This document shows positions 37,903-45,346 of a stretch of DNA of 64,000 nt, piece after piece. Numbering within the stretch: the first letter of the stretch is position 1; the number at the start of each line of letters is the position of its first letter. Source of the stretch: Candidatus Latescibacterota bacterium (lineage in GTDB: Bacteria; Latescibacterota; UBA2968; UBA8231); assembly GCA_965197905.1 (NCBI GenBank), contig CBDAOB010000002.1:320001-384000 (forward strand). Direction: 5' to 3'. The translations under genes and the position numbers were made by a program. The notes under the pieces are model-generated. The model saw nothing but the letters and a program-made list of their open reading frames with translations, was not told where the DNA came from and made no database searches.

Positions 37903-40797
37903 ATGCCTAGCGCGATGACCGCACCACGCCGCAGCTCCGCCTTGCTCGCCGGAGCGTTGTTCACGCTGTCAGGGGCGCTCGGACTGGGGTACCAGCTCGT
38001 GTGGATCCACAAAGCAACCCTGGTCGTGGGCGCAAGCCAGATCGCCCTGGCCACAGTGGTCACCAGCTTCTTCCTGGGACTTGCTCTGGGCAGCCTGGTG
38101 GTGGGGGGGCACCTTCGCAGCCGGCGTTTCTCACCGCTCTACGTCTACGGATTTTTCGAAGCAGCCATCGGCATCTACGCGCTCGCATTTCCGCTATTTT
38201 TCGAGTGGGTTGAGGCTGCGTACGTGGTCCTGTATCCCTTCGTTGCGATCAGCAGCGAGGCGCTCTTCCTGTTGCGCTTTGGACTGCTGTTCCTACTGTT
38301 CCTCGTGCCCACCTTCTTTATGGGAGGCACGCTGCCGCTGCTGCTGGACGGCCTCGTGGAACGAGACGCTGCGATCGGCTCCCTCACCAGCCTATTCTAC
38401 GGCCTCAACATTATGGGCGCCGTGCTCGGCGTGCTGTTAACGGGCTATCTGGCGATCCCCGGCTTGGGCATGAACGGAACCAGCCTTGCCGCCGGCATCG
38501 GGAATCTCTCCATCGCCGCATTGGCCCTCGTCGCCTTTCGGCGTGCGGCACCGATTCACATTCCGTCCGAGGCGGCCAAACGCCTGCCGGGACCGAACGC
38601 CTTCTTCTGCGTTTTGGCCGTTCTCTCAGGGCTCGCGGCGATCGGATACCAGGTTGCCTGGATGCGCTATTTCTCGCTTTTCAAACCAGCCAGCGTGTAC
38701 CTCACCGCGATCCTGCTGGCCGTGTTCCTCGCCGCGCTGGCCGCCGGGAGCATGATCATGGCGCGAGTGCTCGCGAGCGGCATTCACCCTCTGCGGGTCG
38801 TGGCCCTGCTGCAGCCGTTGGCCGCCTTGCTCGTGCTCTACAGCCTGGATTGGTGGACCCTGGCAGGCTACGAGATCCCCTCGCAGACTGCGACGGGGCG
38901 ACCGAGTTGGTACTTTGTTAGCGAAGCCGCCGACGCCACCTTCTTTGCGCCCCTCTTCCAGATCAGCCTCGTGGTCTTTCTTCCCGTGACGCTGCTAGGT
39001 ACTGCGCTCCCCGGTATCATCGCCGCTGCCACGCGACACAGCGCCGAGCTACGGAACGCGGCAGGCCGCCTGGTCTTCTGGAACACGCTGGGCGCGAGCG
39101 CCGGAGGCTTCGCGGCAGGCTATCTCCTGATTCCAGCGTTGGGCCTCACCAGCACGCTGTTCGCTTTGACGCTGCTGACTCTGGCGCTGGGAATTGCTGC
39201 CGAGAGCCGGCTCGTGAGCGCAGGCGGTCGTTCAAGGCGATTCCCCTTCGGTCTGGGTCACGGCTTCTGTATTCTGGTACTGGTCGCCTGCTTTTTGTTC
39301 TTACGGCGCGACGTGACCCTGCATACGGTGCGCACCCATGGTGTGGGTAAAAGGTTCAAGGATGCGCAGCTCATCGACATGGTGGAGGGACCGATCGCGA
39401 CGGCTTCTGTCTTCGCCGACCCAAAGAACCGCTACATCGCATCGGGGGATCAGGTCCTGGCGGTGGTGCGCGACGGCGTGCTCCCCGTCCAGGCGATCGA
39501 GGGCCACCTGCCCGCGCTCTTCTACCCGCGGCCCGGAACGCCGAAGCGCATCCTCGGCATCGCCCTCGGCTCCGGACAGTCCTTCGGGGCCCTGCTGCAC
39601 TATCCGATTGAACACATGGACGTGGTCGACATTTCGCCTGAGATAGTCGAGCTGGCCCTGGAACATTTCCGGGAATTCAACGGTGATCTAGGCAACGAGC
39701 CACGGGTATCCGTGCACCTGGACGACGGACGCCACTTCGTGCAGCGCGCTGCGCCGGCCTCCTACGACGTCGTCTCCATGGAGCCTCCACCACCTACCGC
39801 GGAGGGGGTGCACGCGCTCTACTCGCTGGAGTTCTACCGCGGTGTAGAGCGCGTCCTGCGCGAAGACGGTGTGCTGATGCAGTGGGTGCCTCTGTACTGG
39901 CTCACGCCGAATGAAGCGCGGGGGGTGGTGAAGACGCTGGCGGCCGTCTTCCCCCACACGTTCGTAGTGCGCACGGGCGCGGTCGACTTCATGACGCTGA
40001 GCTTCAAGCGGAAGGACCCGCCTCGCTTCAGCACCGCATGGATCGAGGAGCGCGCGAAGATCTTTGCACAGGAGCGTTGGGTGAAGGCCAAGCGCTGGAC
40101 CGAGGAGTGCCGTCACGAGACCGCGTCGCTGGAGGGCATCCTGGCGCTAATCCACGCTGGTCCGGAAGACATCGCACGCATGCGGGCACCGTACATCTAT
40201 CGGGATGACGACCAGCGCCTGAGCTTCTCTAGCGGCGATCGCCAGCTGTTGCGGCGCTACCCGTTCAAGCGTCGGATCTCCTTCACGTTCGCGGCGCTGC
40301 CGCTAACGCCGTTCCGCGAGCTCCAGCGCTACTTCGTCGAGCCCATTCCGGTGGCCGAGCTCGACGAGGAGCGGGCGCGGGCGCTGAGGGCCGGCCATCA
40401 CCTGGCCTCGCCCGCCGAGGTCGCCGAGGCAGAGAAGCGATTCCGCAGCGCCGCAACGCCGGCGGCTCGCGCGGATTGGGCGCTGCGTGTCGCCGAGCTG
40501 CGGCGCCTCGATTTTGAGGTGAGCCTGGCCTGGCTGCGCCGGGCCATCGACGCTCACCCTGCTAGCGGTAGCGATCGGCGTGCCAACGCGGTCGCGCGGT
40601 CGCACGTACACGTTCACGCGTCAGAGCTGCGGCACTGGATCGACGCGCTCCCGCCGCGGGCGCGGGCGTCGCGCCTTGTGCACGCCGTCGAGAATGAACT
40701 CAAAAGCTACCTGGAGGGCGAGCGCGAGCAGCGCTCGGCGTACCTGTGGCACAAATTGACGCAGACGTTGTCGGTGGGGACGACAGAGTCGGAGTAA
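37903..40797 (+). CDS. fused MFS-like membrane / spermidine synthase-like protein
   Basis: Two repeated membrane halves (LGYQLVW; PTFFMGGTLP; IGYQVAW), then a SAM-binding-like domain (IALGSGQS, VDISPEIV, DDGRHFV, LYSLEFY, MQWVPLY). Confidence 0.88.
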   Translation: MPSAMTAPRRSSALLAGALFTLSGALGLGYQLVWIHKATLVVGASQIALATVVTSFFLGLALGSLVVGGHLRSRRFSPLYVYGFFEAAIGIYALAFPLFFEWVEAAYVVLYPFVAISSEALFLLRFGLLFLLFLVPTFFMGGTLPLLLDGLVERDAAIGSLTSLFYGLNIMGAVLGVLLTGYLAIPGLGMNGTSLAAGIGNLSIAALALVAFRRAAPIHIPSEAAKRLPGPNAFFCVLAVLSGLAAIGYQVAWMRYFSLFKPASVYLTAILLAVFLAALAAGSMIMARVLASGIHPLRVVALLQPLAALLVLYSLDWWTLAGYEIPSQTATGRPSWYFVSEAADATFFAPLFQISLVVFLPVTLLGTALPGIIAAATRHSAELRNAAGRLVFWNTLGASAGGFAAGYLLIPALGLTSTLFALTLLTLALGIAAESRLVSAGGRSRRFPFGLGHGFCILVLVACFLFLRRDVTLHTVRTHGVGKRFKDAQLIDMVEGPIATASVFADPKNRYIASGDQVLAVVRDGVLPVQAIEGHLPALFYPRPGTPKRILGIALGSGQSFGALLHYPIEHMDVVDISPEIVELALEHFREFNGDLGNEPRVSVHLDDGRHFVQRAAPASYDVVSMEPPPPTAEGVHALYSLEFYRGVERVLREDGVLMQWVPLYWLTPNEARGVVKTLAAVFPHTFVVRTGAVDFMTLSFKRKDPPRFSTAWIEERAKIFAQERWVKAKRWTEECRHETASLEGILALIHAGPEDIARMRAPYIYRDDDQRLSFSSGDRQLLRRYPFKRRISFTFAALPLTPFRELQRYFVEPIPVAELDEERARALRAGHHLASPAEVAEAEKRFRSAATPAARADWALRVAELRRLDFEVSLAWLRRAIDAHPASGSDRRANAVARSHVHVHASELRHWIDALPPRARASRLVHAVENELKSYLEGEREQRSAYLWHKLTQTLSVGTTESE

Positions 40798-40858
40798 GGA
40801 GGAAGACGGGGGAGAGCAGCCGCCTGGCGTTCGCTGCGGACTTCCTCACGCACTACCC

Positions 40859-40898
40859 AAAAAAATACAGGGGCAGATCATTACAATCTGCCCCTGTA
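40859..40898 (-). terminator. intrinsic terminator for 40926..42872
   Basis: Perfect 13-bp stem TACAGGGGCAGAT / ATCTGCCCCTGTA with a 7-nt loop and an adjacent A7 run on the plus strand. Confidence 0.85.
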
Positions 40899-40925
40899 CG
40901 GTTTAACGGATCGATCAGATCAGGA

Positions 40926-42872
40926 CTATTTCAGCAGGGTCACAGAGCGGGTGGCCGAAAAATCGCCGGCCTCCATCCGGTAGAAATAGGTCCCGCTAGA
41001 CACGGCCTGACCGCTATGATCGCGGCCCTCCCACACCGTCTTGTAGGCCCCCGCACTCAAGGTCTCGTCCACCAGCTTCGCCACCCGCTGGCCGGCCGCG
41101 TTGTACACCTCGATCTTCACCAGCCCAGCGGCACCAGGCGGAACGGTGAACTCGATCGTGGTCGCGGGGTTGAACGGGTTGGGATAGGCCTCGTTCAACG
41201 AGTAGCTGTCGGGCGTGCCTGCGCTTTCGACCTCTTCGACCACGGTCACGCCAGCGCCCAACCTGCGGGTCTGTATATCGAAGGGAATGTGCAGCAACAT
41301 GCCCGGAGGAAAGAAGTCACCAGAATCGCCGAGTCCAGTATGGCCATCCAGTCCATATCTGCCATTCCAATACATGCCGTCCCACGGTCCCGGCTGGCCC
41401 GCATTTCTGCCCTCGTAGGGATCGCCGCCGACTCTGGATCTGTTGTTCTGAACGAAGATGTTCCACTTCGACCCAGACGGCACGAACGGACCGACCGTAT
41501 GGCTTATAAAAATACGGTACATCCCGAAGCCATCCCGTGAATAGGCGTTCCATTGGTGGCCCAATGGGTTGTGATTTTCGGCGCCCAAGACAAACTTTCC
41601 AGTCAGGTCGACCGAAAACCTGGTTAGTGCGGAGAACGAGCCCTGCGGATTCCCAAACCTGGCGGCCAGTTCATCGGGTATCACGTCGCCGTAAAAGTCG
41701 CCCGGGCCATTGGTCCAGATGGGGTCGCCGTTGTGGTCCATCTTGAGAAAGTGTTGGGACCCATGGCCGTGCACGTAGATTCCGCTGTCGTCAACGATAA
41801 TATTGTCCGGTCCACGGAGAGTATGTGTCTCATTGCCATCCGCATCAACATTGATCCAATCGGAGAACTCGGTGACGTCATACTCTTGGAGGAAGGTGCC
41901 GGTGGCCCTGTCCCAGACCTGGACCGTGCCCGTCGGTGGCTCGGATTTGGTGTTGTTCGCGTTATAGAGCTTATCCTGATAAATTTCAAGCACCTTAATT
42001 CTTTCATTCTCCCTACCCTGGGCAGTAGAGAACATGACACCATCGTCGGCCCAATCCGTGACCAGGTCAAACGTCCTGCCGGCGCGATTGATTTTTAGCT
42101 TCAAAATGGCCGGACCCGGTTCGGGCCTCGACACGACCATCCAGAAGATTTCTTCATCGTCGGGATCGGGACGTATACCGCCATCGCTCTGTTTAGTGCC
42201 TTCCCAGGGGATCTTGCTATGAAAGTCCCAGCGTTCCCAGCCATTGGGATTGGCAATGAGATCCGTACCAAACTCTACGCGCGCCACATTGCCAACCTCC
42301 AGACCGAACAACGGTTCGTCGACCTCCGTGGTCCAGTTCTCGGGAGGATCCTTGCGCATATCAATGATAGGGTCGATGAAGCCCGTGCGAGGGGCTACTC
42401 CCATCAGCACCGGGTTATCCAAAACATTGATCCCGATCACGTCGAATTCGTAGTTGCCGGGGCCGACCGCATTACCTTGCCAATCCCGGCCGTCCCAGGT
42501 CACCACGTTGTTGCCCGCTTCCAGATCGGCACCCGGAGTGTTGTTCAGGTACAGGTCCTGCGCCTGAAACCTGTGTATGGAGCCGTTGAGACCGGTGACT
42601 CCCGTCACGTTACTGCCGATCTCGTACACCGAGATCCACACCGTGGCGCGCTGGCTCAGGCTGATCGGAATGTCCACTGAGCCACTCCCGTTCCATGACA
42701 CGTCCGAAGCGGTAATACGCAGCGGGTTCGGAGTCCCTGATTGCTCGGGAAGCGCTGGATTTGTGCCTTCGGGAAGCGAGGGCTGTGCGGGAAAGGTTTG
42801 CGAAAATGTGGAGCTGGCGGCCATAAGGACTACGGCGAGCGCGGCTGCCAACACAAATTGCAGTTTCTGCAT
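40926..42872 (-). CDS. secreted protein with FlgD-like Ig domains and a T9SS type A-like C-terminal domain
   Basis: Signal peptide; N-terminal VTWDGRDWQGNAVGPGNY; C-terminal YSLNEAYPNPFNPATTIEF..VYNAAGQRV..WEGRD..SSGTYFY; SD AGGAGG. Confidence 0.85.
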   Translation of the reverse strand: MQKLQFVLAAALAVVLMAASSTFSQTFPAQPSLPEGTNPALPEQSGTPNPLRITASDVSWNGSGSVDIPISLSQRATVWISVYEIGSNVTGVTGLNGSIHRFQAQDLYLNNTPGADLEAGNNVVTWDGRDWQGNAVGPGNYEFDVIGINVLDNPVLMGVAPRTGFIDPIIDMRKDPPENWTTEVDEPLFGLEVGNVARVEFGTDLIANPNGWERWDFHSKIPWEGTKQSDGGIRPDPDDEEIFWMVVSRPEPGPAILKLKINRAGRTFDLVTDWADDGVMFSTAQGRENERIKVLEIYQDKLYNANNTKSEPPTGTVQVWDRATGTFLQEYDVTEFSDWINVDADGNETHTLRGPDNIIVDDSGIYVHGHGSQHFLKMDHNGDPIWTNGPGDFYGDVIPDELAARFGNPQGSFSALTRFSVDLTGKFVLGAENHNPLGHQWNAYSRDGFGMYRIFISHTVGPFVPSGSKWNIFVQNNRSRVGGDPYEGRNAGQPGPWDGMYWNGRYGLDGHTGLGDSGDFFPPGMLLHIPFDIQTRRLGAGVTVVEEVESAGTPDSYSLNEAYPNPFNPATTIEFTVPPGAAGLVKIEVYNAAGQRVAKLVDETLSAGAYKTVWEGRDHSGQAVSSGTYFYRMEAGDFSATRSVTLLK

Positions 42873-42948
42873 GTCAATTCCTCCTGGTTTGGGTCGAAAA
42901 CAAATAACCTATCCACCTGAGCCGGTCAAAAACTCAGGAACTTCAAAC

Positions 42949-42977
42949 ATTATAACGAGAAATTTTAGGGGTGTCAA
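42949..42977 (-). promoter_or_regulatory. consensus sigma-70 promoter for 40926..42872
   Basis: The minus strand reads TTGACA-17 nt-TATAAT exactly. Confidence 0.85.
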
Positions 42978-43005
42978 TATTTTTACGCAATTAGCATTTT
43001 AAGAC

Positions 43006-43034
43006 TTGACATTCGCCCTCTTATTGGTTATCTT
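43006..43034 (+). promoter_or_regulatory. transposase promoter overlapping the left inverted repeat
   Basis: TTGACA-17 nt-TATCTT, 35 nt before ATG 43070. Confidence 0.7.
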
Positions 43035-43069
43035 AAATATAAGAAAAACAAGCAATACGGGAGCGAAGA

Positions 43070-43939
43070 ATGAACTTGATTACCGTGACAGAGAGATTCC
43101 CGACGCAAGAATCCTGCATTGCTCATCTGGAGCGGATACGCTTCGGCGATGAGCCCTTTTGCCCCTTGTGCGGCACGGTCGGGGAATGCGCCCGCAAGAA
43201 GCAGGGGAATGTAATCGGGCGTTGGAACTGTCACGCTTGCAAATCCAGCTTCAATGTCTTATCCCAGACCATGTTTCAAGGCACGCATCTTCCCTTGCAA
43301 AAGTGGTTCTGCGCCATCGCCCTGATCGTGAACGCCAAGAAAAGCCTGTCCAGTTGCCAGCTCGGGCGTGACTTGAACCTGAATCAGCGGTCCGCCTGGT
43401 ACATGCAACAGCGCATCCGGGCTGAAATGGCTACCAAGCAGGGAAGAATCAGGTTAACTGGACTCATCGAAGCCGACGAGACCTACGTCGGCGGACGCCC
43501 CAGGAAGCGCAACAGGCGCGACGACGACAAACCCAACCTCAGAGGACGGGGAACGCGCAAGACCGCGGTTATCGGCGCTGTGGAGCGCTCAGGGAAGGTT
43601 GTGGCTCAGGTCGCCGACGATCTCTCCGCTAAGGGCGTGCTCGAGTTTATCAAACGTGCCATCAATCCTGACGCCTCGACGTTGGTCACGGACGAATATG
43701 GGGCCTACAACGTAGTGCGGCGGATCATGGATCACTGCGTGATTCAGCATTCCAAGCGTTATGTTGATGGCACGATTCACACGAACACGATCGAAGGCGT
43801 GTGGTCTTTGCTCAAGCGGGCGTGGTATGGATCGCATCATCACTACACGCCGCTTTACGTGGCCGAGGCTTGTTTCAAGTACAATCACCGCGACGACGAC
43901 AACGCCTTCGGTTCTTTCCTACAAGGGTGCTTCAAGTAA
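43070..43939 (+). CDS. IS1595 family transposase (ISXO2-like DDE domain, N-terminal Zn ribbon)
   Basis: CPLC..WNCHAC, IEADETYVGG, LVTDEYGAY and IHTNTIEGVWSLLKR. Confidence 0.95.
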   Translation: MNLITVTERFPTQESCIAHLERIRFGDEPFCPLCGTVGECARKKQGNVIGRWNCHACKSSFNVLSQTMFQGTHLPLQKWFCAIALIVNAKKSLSSCQLGRDLNLNQRSAWYMQQRIRAEMATKQGRIRLTGLIEADETYVGGRPRKRNRRDDDKPNLRGRGTRKTAVIGAVERSGKVVAQVADDLSAKGVLEFIKRAINPDASTLVTDEYGAYNVVRRIMDHCVIQHSKRYVDGTIHTNTIEGVWSLLKRAWYGSHHHYTPLYVAEACFKYNHRDDDNAFGSFLQGCFK

Positions 43940-44025
43940 TTGCGGATTCGCCGTTGGCCTGGCCTCGAAGTGAGGAAGCTTACGGGAATTATCGCAAACC
44001 ACTTTAGGGGGAAAGGCCAAAGTCG

Positions 44026-44458
44026 TTAATAAGAGAAGGTAAAATGACCGTCACATGACACCGTTAAAACGCCTCGTTTTAAAACGTCTTGGCCTAAAAG
44101 AACTCCATACTTAGCATTTGAACCAGGATTGAAATGTATAGCTTGAACCAACATAAGTTGTAATTTTGCTCCATTCGGATCTTGTTCGTCTTCAAACGCG
44201 AATCCAACCAGAACGTTATAAGCGTTCATGGTTAACGTTATAAGCGTTCATGGTTACAGCCCGCTCAGAGTTTTGAATATCTACTTGCCCGATTGGTTCT
44301 AAGTTTAGAGCTTCAACAACTGACGGTGATATGCATGTGTATGTGGCTCCAGTGTCAACTAATGCGGTGCAAGGATGGATATTATCTTCATCGACAGCTA
44401 TAGCAACGTCACATGTAATGCCAACTGCCCAGTCAAACCGAGATACTACCACGGACAT
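44026..44458 (-). pseudogene. retropepsin-like aspartyl protease broken by a 22-bp tandem duplication
   Basis: ALVDTGATYTCIS in ORF 44216..44458 and VLLGQDVL in ORF 44026..44229; removing one repeat copy gives a single 136-aa frame. Confidence 0.88.
44212..44255. repeat. perfect 22-bp tandem duplication
   Basis: AACGTTATAAGCGTTCATGGTT occurs twice in succession. Confidence 0.95.
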
Positions 44459-44690
44459 GAGAAAAATACCCCAAATCTATAGGTCGTGAAGATACCTTTT
44501 GAATGGAAAATAATTTTCCAGGCAGGAACGTTTTTCCTGCTTCAATAGCATCCTGGCCGGTTTCAAACAAAGCCACAATTCCCCCGTTATGCATTAGAGC
44601 CGTTTTCCCATAATCGGTCTTGGACAGATTTGCAAGTTGCTCTTTGAAAGCATGGTAATTTCTCTCCACTTCTTCCTGCTGGGTTGGCAT
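44433..44690 (-). CDS. small DUF5678-like protein, partner of the aspartyl protease
   Basis: 85 aa: EVERNYHAFKEQLANL..YGKTALMHNGGIVALFETGQDAIEAG..FSIQKV. Overlaps the protease start; GAGG upstream. The family name is from recall. Confidence 0.65.
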   Translation of the reverse strand: MPTQQEEVERNYHAFKEQLANLSKTDYGKTALMHNGGIVALFETGQDAIEAGKTFLPGKLFSIQKVSSRPIDLGYFSHVRGSISV

Positions 44691-44754
44691 GTGAGTACCC
44701 TCGTGGCTTTTAGTGGGTGCTACACTGAAAACCTAGTCGAATGGTGTATACGCT

Positions 44755-44783
44755 ATAATACGCGCATTTGAGCGTATTATCAA
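44755..44783 (-). promoter_or_regulatory. putative promoter with overlapping palindrome for the cargo operon
   Basis: Minus strand TTGATA-17 nt-TATTAT; inverted repeat ATAATACGC-8 nt-GCGTATTAT at 44755-44780. Confidence 0.55.
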
Positions 44784-44795
44784 GAATTATTCAGT

Positions 44796-45020
44796 TCACC
44801 CAGTTCCCAACCCCGGGCTCTTGCCAATTTCAACATAAAAATCTCCATCCAAATGCAAGAAGCGTTCTTCGAATTCGCTATAAGGTATGATTGTTTCTGG
44901 TTCACAAACCAACCTTAAGATTTTCGCATATCCCAACTTCTCTTCTATTATTCCTTTGCTTGTGTCTGTTCCTCCCGTTTGATGCTCCAATAGAATAACT
45001 GTTCCAATTGGCGAAGCCAT
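44796..45020 (-). CDS. hypothetical 74-aa passenger protein
   Basis: ATG preceded by strong SD AAGGAGG; no recognisable motif. Confidence 0.5.
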   Translation of the reverse strand: MASPIGTVILLEHQTGGTDTSKGIIEEKLGYAKILRLVCEPETIIPYSEFEERFLHLDGDFYVEIGKSPGLGTG

Positions 45021-45060
45021 GATACCTCCTTCTAAAAGTTGGGTAGTATCCTAATAACCG

Positions 45061-45114
45061 AATGTCAAGATTGTCGCCAGTCCAAATTGTTCTATTTTTG
45101 AAGTTGGGTTCCAT
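45061..45114 (-). pseudogene. N-terminal stub of an N4/N6 DNA methyltransferase-like gene
   Basis: MEPNFKNRTIWTGDNLDI resembles the N-terminus of such methyltransferases; no DPPY/DPPF motif follows. Confidence 0.55.
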
Positions 45115-45346
45115 TGCGCGTTGACAAGGGGAATGTATTGAAGTTACTTCGCGAGGGCAAGTCTTAAAATGCTAATTGCGTATTTTTTCGTGATTTTCAC
45201 AGCGATATATGGTGGTCGGAAACGTTTGAGAGACACGATCTGCGCTGTCGTATGCGGACGAAGGGAAATAACTTCCGAGACGGAAAGGAACTATTTTCCT
45301 GCGCCTGGGTATTCTCTGGGAAATTTAGTCTGGAAAGGGCGGTTTC

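Larger units (their letters stand above)
42986..45180 (+). mobile_element. IS1595-family element with passenger genes (about 2.2 kb)
   Basis: Perfect 23-bp terminal inverted repeats CGCAATTAGCATTTTAAGACTTG (42986-43008 and 45158-45180); flanks TATTTTTA and TATTTTTT (7/8 match, probable 8-bp target duplication); contains a transposase and AT-rich cargo. Confidence 0.92.
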
